From IMG/VR virus record IMGVR_UViG_3300037296_000055, positions 18,505 to 82,504 of that record: a stretch of 64,000 nucleotides of DNA; one strand, given 5' to 3'. This document shows, one piece after another, positions 7,783 to 17,141 of this stretch (position 1 is the stretch's first letter; every line of letters begins with the position of its first letter). The DNA comes from a virus. Made by a program: the position numbers and the translations under genes. Under the pieces are notes generated by a model. The model searched no databases and was not told the origin of the DNA. It saw only the letters and a list, made by a program, of their open reading frames with translations.

Positions 7783-9138
7783 ATGCCCACCGTAGAACTT
7801 CACCGAGCTCAGTCAGAGATTGTCTATGACATGTTCGGACCCAATCCTGAGTGGACCCTCCGCTACGGCGTTGTTGTTGGCTCACGAGGGTTGGGGAAGT
7901 CCTACGTTGCGGCAACCTCAGCTGTCATGGCCATCGCAGAGCTGGAAACCCTCCCCTCTTCTGTTCCCAATAAAAACATCAGCTTGATTTGTGGGTCAAA
8001 CCAACAGGTTGCTGACGTTTATCTTCCTCTTTTCAACTTCGTCTACGGACTAGACCACCCACGACGCTGTGTCAAGCACACGACAGCCCTTGGCCAGGTC
8101 CGCTGGACTTTCAAGAACGGCACCACGCTCTCCCTACGCTCGGCAGAAGTCGCTGAACGGATGCGGGGCACAGGCCAGTACATGGTGATCCTTGACGAGA
8201 TGCCCACCTGGGAACTCAAAGGCTCTAACCACGAGACGGTCTGGGAGTCGATCATCAACCCCACAATCACCACCCGTTGGTCCCCTGAACAAGCCACCGC
8301 TGTTGGAGCTCCTAGCCCCGGTCGCGCTCTGTTCATCGCCTCGCCCCTCGGCAAGGACTACTTCTACGAGCTCTCCATGAACACTATCGTGGATCCTCGC
8401 TGGAAGACCCGTCAGTATACCTATCGCGACTCTCCTCTGCTGTCCCAGAAGACTATCGAGGAAGAGAAGAAATCCATGGACCCCATGCGGTTCGCCCGAG
8501 AGTACGAGGCCTCCTTCGAAGAGTCTGGTGCTCGTGTCTACCATTCGTTCGATCGTGTTATGCATGTTGAGAAAGACTTGGCCCCCTTCGGAGAGACCGA
8601 GACTGTCCATGCCGCTATCGACTTCAACGTTCTGAAGAACTGCACAAGCTTCCATGCCATCCGTGGTGGCCAAATTCACACACTGGAAGAGTCCATTGGT
8701 ACAGCAAATACTCAAGAGCTTGCGGAGCTTATCCGTCGTCGCTTTCCTAAGAACAAGATCATCTGTTACCCTGACCCCTCAGGAGTTGCAAGAAAGACTT
8801 CCGCTGTGGTTGGAGTCACCGACTTTAGTATCCTACGACAGGCAGGCTTCGAAGTTCTAGCAAAGTCTAAGGCCCCTGGTATTACCGACTCTGCCAACGC
8901 TGTGAACAGGATGTTCCTGAACGCTGCTGGAGAGACCAACTGGTATGTCGCTCCTGTCTGCACCCACTTCATCAAGTCTCTGGAACGTACTGTGTGGCTA
9001 GAGAGCCGCCCTGACTCGGCCATCATTGACAAGTCTCTGGACGTGGAACACTTCGGCGACGGTGCTCGCTACTTCGCTGAGTACATGTTCCCCGTAAACT
9101 CCTATCGTACAGCAACCAAGAGAGGCTTTGTGTTCTGA
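7783..9138 (+). CDS. terL: terminase large subunit
   Basis: Walker A GSRGLGKS, Walker B VILDE, FAREYEASF, nuclease AIDFN, YPDPSG, HFGDGARY. Confidence 0.95.
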   Translation: MPTVELHRAQSEIVYDMFGPNPEWTLRYGVVVGSRGLGKSYVAATSAVMAIAELETLPSSVPNKNISLICGSNQQVADVYLPLFNFVYGLDHPRRCVKHTTALGQVRWTFKNGTTLSLRSAEVAERMRGTGQYMVILDEMPTWELKGSNHETVWESIINPTITTRWSPEQATAVGAPSPGRALFIASPLGKDYFYELSMNTIVDPRWKTRQYTYRDSPLLSQKTIEEEKKSMDPMRFAREYEASFEESGARVYHSFDRVMHVEKDLAPFGETETVHAAIDFNVLKNCTSFHAIRGGQIHTLEESIGTANTQELAELIRRRFPKNKIICYPDPSGVARKTSAVVGVTDFSILRQAGFEVLAKSKAPGITDSANAVNRMFLNAAGETNWYVAPVCTHFIKSLERTVWLESRPDSAIIDKSLDVEHFGDGARYFAEYMFPVNSYRTATKRGFVF

Positions 9139-10016
9139 TGTCTATTTCCACCTATATGTTCTCGGCTCTGGCCGTCTCCGACCGCGCCTATATCGACGGT
9201 AAGGATCCTAACGAGTCCTTCAACAGTAACCAGGAGTTCACGGTCCTGCCCAACGTCCGCGCCTTTGACGAGATCAAGTCAGCGGCAAGGAATGCAGGGG
9301 CGCTGCCCGTGTTCGGTCGTAGGGTCATGAAGCCTTACTCCACACAGCCTGAGCCCAGCATCGTCACCGTGACCATCAACCTTGACTCCTCACAGTGGCG
9401 CTACAACTCTGCCTTCGCAGGCCTCTGGACAGGAACCAACAGAGAGCGAGTATTCAAACTTGCCCTGTCTGATGTTCCGTTCGCCGATATCTCATCAGAG
9501 CTCTATGACGGTGATTACATCCTCTTCCGGGGTGTGCCTTCGGGCCACTCCATGCAGCTCTCCACCGCCGATGCTGCGACCGTAAAGCTTGAGATTGTTC
9601 TTACAGAAGAGCTGAGCCCTATCATCCGTAACCGGGTGGCTGAGGCTAACTCCGCTCTGTTCTCCCCCTTGGACATCAACTGGTTCTCCGGAGCCACACC
9701 CGTCAACTGGACCTCCAACGGCACTCCTGTCCTCTGGTCCACAGGTATCGCCCTGTCAGGTACTCCGAGTATCGACTCCGATGGACGTTATCGCTTCACC
9801 GTACAGAACGTTCCGAGCACTGTGGCAGGTCGAACTGTTATTGCCAGGACCGGTGACTATATCCGTGTCTTCACAGGAGACGACCCCTCCGTCGGTATCA
9901 CAACCCGTGTGAACCAGAACGCAATCTTCTATGGTGGAAGTAACGCTGTGATCTTCGTGGATGACTATATCCCTAAAGCTGGCAACGTCTTCATAGGTTT
10001 CAACAGGAGCTACTAA
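9138..10016 (+). CDS. tail-tube-like structural protein with C-terminal extension
   Basis: N-terminal ~160 aa colinear with the major tail protein at 26526 (FSAL, FT..N/D.R, P.FG, R.F...L, I.F.G blocks). Confidence 0.7.
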   Translation: MSISTYMFSALAVSDRAYIDGKDPNESFNSNQEFTVLPNVRAFDEIKSAARNAGALPVFGRRVMKPYSTQPEPSIVTVTINLDSSQWRYNSAFAGLWTGTNRERVFKLALSDVPFADISSELYDGDYILFRGVPSGHSMQLSTADAATVKLEIVLTEELSPIIRNRVAEANSALFSPLDINWFSGATPVNWTSNGTPVLWSTGIALSGTPSIDSDGRYRFTVQNVPSTVAGRTVIARTGDYIRVFTGDDPSVGITTRVNQNAIFYGGSNAVIFVDDYIPKAGNVFIGFNRSY

Positions 10017-10017
10017 C

Positions 10018-12471
10018 ATGCCAGCACCTATCTTTACGGACCCAAGCTACGCTTCTGGTAGCAACCTTGTCATGGGCTTGGGTTCCTTCAACACGGCTCT
10101 GAACAACACCCTGGAGAAAGTCTGGAAAGACATTCTTACCAAGGGTGTTCAGCACATCGAAAATACCAGCGGTAACACCTCCGGTTCGGCCTACACAGGT
10201 ACCACCGTTGAGACTGCCAACAACAACACTAACGGCGCTTTCTTCACCTGGACCTGTCCCGTAACAAGCGCCGGTGCAACCTCCATCACCATCAACGGTA
10301 ACTCTACCCGTAACCTCCGTTACTATGATGCAGGTAGCGGCTCCTCCAACACCAAGGCAGGCAGCCTCCTTGCAGGTCGCACTTACCTACTGCAGGTTCG
10401 GGGTAGCAGCAACTACTGGATCGTCTCTGAGAGCCTTTCTCTGAGCGAGTTCATGGAGAACCTCACCTACCGTCTTGTTGATGAGGGTGGTACGGCCTCC
10501 GCCTACACCGCCAACACAACCACCTCCACCAACACTGCAGGCTTTGTTCTTACCAACTACAGCACCTTCACCTGGGTCCCCACGCTCGACTGTCTGGCCA
10601 ACGCCACCTTGAGCATCAACGGTACCACAGCCCTACCCCTGAACCGTGGCAACAACACCACCGTACAGGCAGGGGACCTCAAAGCAGGTCGTACCTACGT
10701 GCTGCAGAAGCGTACTAACAACTACACTGTCATGAACTCCGGTCTCAACCAGGGTGACCTCGACATTATCACTGCTGCTGCAAACACTGCCTCCACAGCT
10801 GCTGCTGCTGCTTCTGCCAAGGTTGACACTCTGCTGGTGCCTGGTACTTCCATGGGTGGCTTCTCTCTGCTGGAAGACGCTGCAGGAAACACTCTGCTTC
10901 GTAAGGACCCTGATGGTCTGAACTTCATTCCTAGCCAGCCCATGTCTGACCGGGTCGGTGTGAAGATAGGCACCTCGGACAAGACCCTCTCTGGCTTCCC
11001 CATGTTCACTGATGGTAACGGCAACATGCTGATGGTCAAGGACCCCACAGGTCTAGACTTCGTGCCTAGCGATACACTCCTGGGCCGTCTGGGCGCTGTG
11101 AGCTCTGCTGCTCCTGCCGGGGCCGCCTACTCTCGCACTGTCGGCAGCCTGTTCGTCTACGCCATCCGTAACGCCAAGAACCAACTGGAAGAGTTTGTCT
11201 CTAACGGTAACTACACCTTCTTCCGTAACGACACCTCCGAGGGTGAGACCCCCACGCCTGTCCTTGACATGATCACCGTACAGGGCCAGTCTCTGTCGGT
11301 CGGTGCTACCTGGACAAACACTGCTACTCCTGACACTATCGACATCGGTAACGAAGATGCCTACATTCTTGTGGGTCTGAAACGTGCGGATTCTCAGAAC
11401 GTTGTTATTGACGTCCGTGGTGCCCTGTCCCAGCCTCTGCTCAAGACTGCTGATGCTACTGACATCGGACCTCTGGACTTCTCCGGTAACGGTGCTAACA
11501 CCATCTCCTCCGTTGCGGCTCCTATGGCCGGATCCCTGAACCGTCACCGTAAGACTGCAGGGGCTCCTCGCAGCTCTGTCCTTACGATCTCTCATGGCTA
11601 CTCAGGTGTTGCCTGGGACCTGATTGACTCGGATCCTGCAACGGGCCCCAGCTCTGACACTACCATCTGGGATAACACTGTGTACTGGACTCAGCAGGCC
11701 AAACGTATGGCCGGTATCCAATCCGCAAGCCTTGCCTGTCCTGCCCACGTCATGGTCCACGGTACCTCAGCAAAGAGCGTTTCCAGCCCGATCTACTACA
11801 ACTTCCTCACCAACTACATGACCGACTACCGGAACATGCTGCTCTCTGAGGGCATCCCTGGTGCTGCTCACCTCTACCTGACGCAGTCTTCTGGTGATGC
11901 TAATACGGCTAACGATACTAACTGGGATGTTACCCAAGACCAGCTACGGTTCTGCCAGGAAAACAAGGCCACTCTGGCCACTCCTCTGTATCCGTATCCT
12001 ATCTGGGACAACAACGTTCACCCTGATGGTGAGACCACCTTACGGTTCTCCGAAGCCATTGCTAAGGCGATCGCTGAAGAAGCTGCTGGTCGTAAGTGGA
12101 CAACTTTGGGCCCTCTGGGCTGGACCGTCCATGGTAACTCTGTGACCATCCAACTGGATCGTCGTCTTGATGAGAACCTGGTGGCTCACGCCTCAAGCAA
12201 GTACGCTGGCGCTGGCATCAGCAACATCGGCTTCGAAGCGACCGGTGCTACCATCTCCTCTGTGGACGTGTTCACTGACCGTGTCCGCCTGAACTGCTCG
12301 GCTGTGCCAACAACCATCAGCTATGCCATGCAGGTACAGGACATGACAGGTGTTTCCGGAAACCAGTACACCGCTCACCGTGGTCTGCTCCGCTCCAGCT
12401 ACTCATGGAAATCCCTCTATGATGGCAACCTGATCTACCGTTGGGTTCCAAGCTTCAAAATCACCCTGTAA
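10018..12471 (+). CDS. tail fibre/spike with SGNH (sialate O-acetylesterase-like) domain
   Basis: Duplicated N-terminal AG.L.AGRTY modules; GQSL, HGTS and DNNVHP SGNH-like blocks. Confidence 0.75.
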   Translation: MPAPIFTDPSYASGSNLVMGLGSFNTALNNTLEKVWKDILTKGVQHIENTSGNTSGSAYTGTTVETANNNTNGAFFTWTCPVTSAGATSITINGNSTRNLRYYDAGSGSSNTKAGSLLAGRTYLLQVRGSSNYWIVSESLSLSEFMENLTYRLVDEGGTASAYTANTTTSTNTAGFVLTNYSTFTWVPTLDCLANATLSINGTTALPLNRGNNTTVQAGDLKAGRTYVLQKRTNNYTVMNSGLNQGDLDIITAAANTASTAAAAASAKVDTLLVPGTSMGGFSLLEDAAGNTLLRKDPDGLNFIPSQPMSDRVGVKIGTSDKTLSGFPMFTDGNGNMLMVKDPTGLDFVPSDTLLGRLGAVSSAAPAGAAYSRTVGSLFVYAIRNAKNQLEEFVSNGNYTFFRNDTSEGETPTPVLDMITVQGQSLSVGATWTNTATPDTIDIGNEDAYILVGLKRADSQNVVIDVRGALSQPLLKTADATDIGPLDFSGNGANTISSVAAPMAGSLNRHRKTAGAPRSSVLTISHGYSGVAWDLIDSDPATGPSSDTTIWDNTVYWTQQAKRMAGIQSASLACPAHVMVHGTSAKSVSSPIYYNFLTNYMTDYRNMLLSEGIPGAAHLYLTQSSGDANTANDTNWDVTQDQLRFCQENKATLATPLYPYPIWDNNVHPDGETTLRFSEAIAKAIAEEAAGRKWTTLGPLGWTVHGNSVTIQLDRRLDENLVAHASSKYAGAGISNIGFEATGATISSVDVFTDRVRLNCSAVPTTISYAMQVQDMTGVSGNQYTAHRGLLRSSYSWKSLYDGNLIYRWVPSFKITL

Positions 12472-12482
12472 GGAACTACAAC

Positions 12483-13190
12483 ATGCCTCTTAAATTCCAA
12501 TTTGCTGAGAACTCTGGGCTGGGCAACCTCGGCCCGAGCACCTCCATCAAGACGACCCTTGCCGGTCTCACTGGCTTCCAAAGCTTCTTCGTTGTCGGGG
12601 AGGGCGAGACCCTCAGTGGTAGCGCCGTTTCCTCCTGGGTAGCTGCTGAAGGTACAGGGGCCTTTGCGGCTCCTAGCACAGTACGTCGCCCTATCAAGGC
12701 TGCACGGGACGGTCTCTCCACCCACCGCTATGACGGTACCATGGTGCAGTCGCTGTCCGGAGTCACTCTGGGAACCAAGACCAACTACACTGTTGGCATG
12801 CGGTTCTACTCCAACGAGTATACCGAAGACGTTCAGATCATCTGTGGTCAGGACACCGCGGCCCCGAACACCCGCATCTTGAGCCGCTTTGCTAACGGTG
12901 CTCACCGCTTCGAGTCTGATACGGCTCAGGTGCCTGTGGACAACCGTAACGGCTGGCGCACTATGCTATGGTGTATTTCCGGTGGTACTGCGAAGCTGAG
13001 CATCGATGGCTCTCCCTTCGCCACCCAGGCCGTTGCAAGCTTCAACTTCCCTGACTTCCATATCGGTAACGCCCGCCTCTCCGCAGGTGATGCCAAGATC
13101 GACATCCGCTCTGTTCTCCTGATGAACTCTGACGTGTCGTTGGTCCCCGCAAACCTTGCCATCGCCAAGCGCGCTCTTGACGTTGCATAA
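12483..13190 (+). CDS. LamG/ConA-like virion protein
   Basis: AAGGAA RBS before ATG 12483; beta-rich W....W...G....IDG pattern; follows the fibre gene. Confidence 0.6.
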   Translation: MPLKFQFAENSGLGNLGPSTSIKTTLAGLTGFQSFFVVGEGETLSGSAVSSWVAAEGTGAFAAPSTVRRPIKAARDGLSTHRYDGTMVQSLSGVTLGTKTNYTVGMRFYSNEYTEDVQIICGQDTAAPNTRILSRFANGAHRFESDTAQVPVDNRNGWRTMLWCISGGTAKLSIDGSPFATQAVASFNFPDFHIGNARLSAGDAKIDIRSVLLMNSDVSLVPANLAIAKRALDVA

Positions 13191-13207
13191 CCCTAAGGAC
13201 TATTCTC

Positions 13208-13471
13208 ATGTCTCTACCATCAGACTACTACTCCTCAGGGGGCATCAGTGCTCCCGCCTCCACAGTACTGGCCGTAACGCCCTCTGACACTGTCTCATTC
13301 GAGAACGTTGCTGTTACCCTGTACATCACAGGTGGTGGGGCTCTACACTTCATCACTCTGTCCGGCTCTGAGGCCACCGTCACCGTCCCTGACAATTGTT
13401 TCTGGCCCGTTCGGGTCTCGCAGGTCCTGGCCACTGGCACAACCGCAACCGGCATCTTTGCCCTAGTCTAA
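13208..13471 (+). CDS. head spike base protein (RcGTA Rcc01079-like)
   Basis: ISAPA..AVTPSD..LYITGGG..PVRVSQVLATGTTATGIFAL matches the family pattern. Confidence 0.85.
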   Translation: MSLPSDYYSSGGISAPASTVLAVTPSDTVSFENVAVTLYITGGGALHFITLSGSEATVTVPDNCFWPVRVSQVLATGTTATGIFALV

Positions 13472-13481
13472 GGAGAGCGAC

Positions 13482-14783
13482 ATGAAACTCGGATTAGGCC
13501 TAGCCCTCACGGCTCAACGTCTGAACCTACGGCGGCTTGTCCCTGTCGATGTCCCTCCCGCCGAGGCACCTGCCGTTGTTACTCCTCTGAGCACCAGCTC
13601 TAGCTCTGCTCTGGTAGGCCAGACCCTTACCGTCACTACTGGGGAGTACAGCGGCGAGCCCGCACCTGGCTTCCGCACTTACCAGTGGTACCGTGATGGG
13701 GTCACTCCTATCGACAATACCGACAGTACGACCTACACCGTTATCGAAGCGGACAATGGCCATGGTATCAGTGTTACGGAGACGGCCTCTAACCCCTCAG
13801 GTGCTGTAACTTCAAGTCTTGCCTACTGGACCGGTGGTGTTGCCCAAGGGCTCACTGCCATGTCCCCTCCTACTATTGTAGGGACTCCCTCTGTCACCCT
13901 CTCAGGTACCACAGCGACGCTCAGTGCGGTCTCGACAACCGGCTGGCCAAAGCCTCGCTTGTCCTATGTCTGGAAGAAAGACGGAGTGTCCATTGATGGT
14001 GAGTTCGGCACGACCCTTACTACCACGGGGGCCGGAGTCTACACAGTAGTCGTCACAGCTCTTTCCCTCGGAACCTCTGTGAACAAGACCTCTAACTCTG
14101 TGACCTACGTTGCTGCTCCTGCCTATCAGATCCTTGAGTTCAACCCCACAACATCCAACACCTTCACTGATGATGCGGGTACCGTGGCCGCCTCCACAGG
14201 CGCTGCCATTGCTGTTGCCAAGGGCGACGGTGGTAAGACTTTCCGCCAGACCCTCGCGTCACGCCGACCTACGCTCTCCGGAACCAACGCTATCAAGTTC
14301 CAGAACAGCACTTCTCAGCTGCTGGAGTCTACGGACCCGGCAATCCTGGGTCTCCATGGCAGCTTCACCAAACCTTTCGAGGTTGAGCTGGTCATCAACT
14401 TCCAGGCCATCAATCTGAACACTGCAATGATCAACTGGGGACTATCGAGCTCTAACACACCGTGGTTCAACTTTACGCTGAACTCGTCTAACGCTCTTGT
14501 GACCTCCGTCCGCAACGACGCGTCTTCTTCCACCACGCTGTCCGCAGGCCTCTTTGAGCCTACCCTGAACACGGACTATAACGTGCGCTCTCGTTGGGTA
14601 AGTGGTGTCTGGACAACCTGGATCAACGGCAACATGCTGAACTCTCCTGTGGACTCCTCATCTCTGATTGCTCCCACGACAACCGACCGGTTCAACATCA
14701 ACGGTCGCTATCTCGGATCTAGCAACCTGTCACAGCAAGGTAACTTCACGCTGAAGTCCTTGATCCTCCGTGATCTATCGTAA
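13482..14783 (+). CDS. head fibre (Rcc01080-like N-terminus) with Ig-like and lectin-like domains
   Basis: MKLGLGLAL N-terminus; Ig-like YQWYRDG and YVWKKDG repeats; follows the spike base gene. Confidence 0.75.
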   Translation: MKLGLGLALTAQRLNLRRLVPVDVPPAEAPAVVTPLSTSSSSALVGQTLTVTTGEYSGEPAPGFRTYQWYRDGVTPIDNTDSTTYTVIEADNGHGISVTETASNPSGAVTSSLAYWTGGVAQGLTAMSPPTIVGTPSVTLSGTTATLSAVSTTGWPKPRLSYVWKKDGVSIDGEFGTTLTTTGAGVYTVVVTALSLGTSVNKTSNSVTYVAAPAYQILEFNPTTSNTFTDDAGTVAASTGAAIAVAKGDGGKTFRQTLASRRPTLSGTNAIKFQNSTSQLLESTDPAILGLHGSFTKPFEVELVINFQAINLNTAMINWGLSSSNTPWFNFTLNSSNALVTSVRNDASSSTTLSAGLFEPTLNTDYNVRSRWVSGVWTTWINGNMLNSPVDSSSLIAPTTTDRFNINGRYLGSSNLSQQGNFTLKSLILRDLS

Positions 14784-14793
14784 GGAACCTATC

Positions 14794-15405
14794 ATGCAAT
14801 ACGATCTTGATCTGGAAGAAACACATCGCCACACACCTGACGTAGGGCCACCACCGGTCCCTTCGGTGATCACGACTATTGTATCAGTGGACGAGGGGCT
14901 CTCTATAGAAGAGGGCTCCCAGCCACCTATCATACGGGTCCATAGCGGCCACCCTCACCAAGTCCACCACAACCCTATCGTCCTCAACCTACTTGAGCAA
15001 GGACGTGGCCTAGAATGGCTCACCTCGTTCGTTCTTCTATGGTTTGCTATTAGCCTCTGGGTTCCTGGTAATACCTTCGACTCTGTCAACTATAGTACCT
15101 TCCAATCGATGGGTATTCACGAGACCATCATGGCCATACCCCTCGCAGCTGTTGCGTTCATGCGGATGGTCGGATTACACATCAATGGGCGCTGGAAGCG
15201 TTCCCCTATGCTACGGATGATAGGTGCTATCGCTGGTGCTGGTGCCTTTGCCATGCTTGGTTCCGCCTTCCTTGGACCCTACGTTGCCGGTCTCAGTCCA
15301 CTATCCACAGGCCCTGGGGTTTACTTCCTACTCGCGCTCTCTGATACACTTGCAGCTTACAGGAGCGGAACCGATGTTCGAATGGCTAAGTCAGGCCACG
15401 AGTGA
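14794..15405 (+). CDS. multi-pass membrane protein (lysis cassette)
   Basis: About 4 TM segments, ING.W..SP.LR..GA motif; upstream of the endolysin. Confidence 0.7.
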   Translation: MQYDLDLEETHRHTPDVGPPPVPSVITTIVSVDEGLSIEEGSQPPIIRVHSGHPHQVHHNPIVLNLLEQGRGLEWLTSFVLLWFAISLWVPGNTFDSVNYSTFQSMGIHETIMAIPLAAVAFMRMVGLHINGRWKRSPMLRMIGAIAGAGAFAMLGSAFLGPYVAGLSPLSTGPGVYFLLALSDTLAAYRSGTDVRMAKSGHE

Positions 15406-15643
15406 AGATTGGGTTATCCTTGGTAGTTTTATTGGTACTGTTCTTGCTGCGGCCATAGTGGCTGCTCAAGGCATGCTCAAAGGTAAGGCTCCCCAGAAAG
15501 CAGTTCTACAGACTACGGTTGACAACTACTGCGGTGCGGATAAACTGGTCGCTCTCATTCGTGAGGACCTGAAAGAAATCAAACAAGATCTCGACAGGCT
15601 AGATGAACGCGTCATCAGGCTGGACGAGAGGACAAGGAAATAA
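15374..15643 (+). CDS. single-TM plus coiled-coil protein (holin/antiholin candidate)
   Basis: AGGAG RBS, TM segment, C-terminal heptads LKEIKQDLDRLDERVIRLDER. Confidence 0.65.
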   Translation: MFEWLSQATSEDWVILGSFIGTVLAAAIVAAQGMLKGKAPQKAVLQTTVDNYCGADKLVALIREDLKEIKQDLDRLDERVIRLDERTRK

Positions 15644-15644
15644 C

Positions 15645-16289
15645 ATGCAAACTACTTCTGACCGAGGCATCGTTCAACTAGTCGGTCTGGAAGGGATTGT
15701 GCCTGCCCCCTACCTTGACTCCAAGAACATTTGGACTTTCGGTATCGGACACACAGTGAACGCTGGTGGTCTCGATCCTGCCAAGATGCCCCGTGGTAAC
15801 CCCACAGACCTAAGCTATGCCCTGAGCACCGCTATCCAAGTATTTGACACAGATCTCCAGAGCTATGAAGAACGAGTACGCTCTGCCCTGAAGGTCCCCG
15901 TGGCCCAGCATCAGTTCGATGCCCTGGTCAGCTTCGACTTCAACACGGGCGGTATCTTCCGGGCCAACCTTACTAAGCTCCTCAATGCCGGAGCCTCCAC
16001 CGATGCTGTTGCTGATGCCTTCTATGGCTGGCTCGTACCCCCTGAGATCCGTTCCCGGCGGACTGCTGAGGCTGAGCTCTTCCGTACAGGTACCTACCAG
16101 AACCGCACCAACATTCCAGTATACGGCGTCAATACTGCAGGAAAGCTGTTGGGGGCAACCTCCACAGTGAGTGCCACGCAACTCCTTGCTATCCTTCAAA
16201 AAAATAACTCCGTGACCAGTCCCTCCAACTTTACCTCCAAGGAGACTCTCGAATGGTCAAAGATTTTCCCGTGCCTTTTCCCAAGCTAA
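15645..16289 (+). CDS. endolysin, GH24 phage lysozyme
   Basis: EG....YLD....WTFGIGHT, QFDALVSFDFNTG, RRTAEAELF. Confidence 0.92.
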   Translation: MQTTSDRGIVQLVGLEGIVPAPYLDSKNIWTFGIGHTVNAGGLDPAKMPRGNPTDLSYALSTAIQVFDTDLQSYEERVRSALKVPVAQHQFDALVSFDFNTGGIFRANLTKLLNAGASTDAVADAFYGWLVPPEIRSRRTAEAELFRTGTYQNRTNIPVYGVNTAGKLLGATSTVSATQLLAILQKNNSVTSPSNFTSKETLEWSKIFPCLFPS

Positions 16290-16501
16290 AGGGCTGGCGC
16301 ACCCGCATCTTCAACATCACTATCGGTCTCGTCACCGTTGGCGTGTCGGTGGTCGGTGCCCTACAAGACAACATCTCCTACCTAGATCTAACTCCAAATA
16401 CGCGAAACATGCTGCTGATCGGCATTGTCGTCTTTCAGACTATCGGCAACGTAATCCTACGTGAATTCACAGATAGCGCTCCAGGAACAAATGGTAAATA
16501 A
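16253..16501 (+). CDS. putative holin (2 TM)
   Basis: LKGWRT plus two TM helices; AAGGAG RBS; adjacent to the endolysin. Confidence 0.65.
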   Translation: MVKDFPVPFPKLKGWRTRIFNITIGLVTVGVSVVGALQDNISYLDLTPNTRNMLLIGIVVFQTIGNVILREFTDSAPGTNGK

Positions 16502-17135
16502 ACCGTATAGCTACGTCAAGCCAAAGAACCAAACTCAGATCGATCTCGTTGAGTCGTTGAAAACCAATCCCGTAACCGTTGTACGAGGACCTGCCGGTAC
16601 AGGCAAGACCTTCATGTCAATGGCCACTTACGTTGAGATGCTGCTTTCTTCCAATGAGTTCCGTCAACTTGTGTTCTGCCGCCCAAACGAACCTACCGGA
16701 CGAAGCTTAGGCTCCTTCCCAGGCACCCCTGATGAGAAGCTTGAGCTCTGGCTTAAACCTCTCACAGCTAACCTTGTGGAGCTTCTGCCCAGCACAGAGA
16801 TCACGCGTCTTCGTACGCAGGGTCGACTTGCTTACCAACCTCTTGAAACAATCCGTGGTATGAGCTTTGAGTACAGTCTGCTCCTTGTGGACGAAGCCCA
16901 GAACCTTACCAAGCATGAACTTATTGCCATCGTAACCCGTCTGGGTGAAGGCTCCCGTCTCGTCATCCTCGGTGACCCGGATCAGTCCGACCGTCATCAA
17001 TCAGGTTTGGAGTGGTTAGCCGACTTCTGCAAACACCATAACCTGTCCAGTGGAAACATCGAGTTCGGTCTTGATGATATTGTCCGCTCCGACTTTGTTG
17101 GACAATTCCTCCGAGCCCTTGCCAAGAAAGAGTAA
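16491..17135 (+). CDS. phoH: PhoH-like ATPase
   Basis: GPAGTGKT, RGMSF, VDEAQN, GDPDQSD, DIVRS. Confidence 0.93.
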   Translation: MVNKPYSYVKPKNQTQIDLVESLKTNPVTVVRGPAGTGKTFMSMATYVEMLLSSNEFRQLVFCRPNEPTGRSLGSFPGTPDEKLELWLKPLTANLVELLPSTEITRLRTQGRLAYQPLETIRGMSFEYSLLLVDEAQNLTKHELIAIVTRLGEGSRLVILGDPDQSDRHQSGLEWLADFCKHHNLSSGNIEFGLDDIVRSDFVGQFLRALAKKE

Positions 17136-17141
17136 ACCCTC

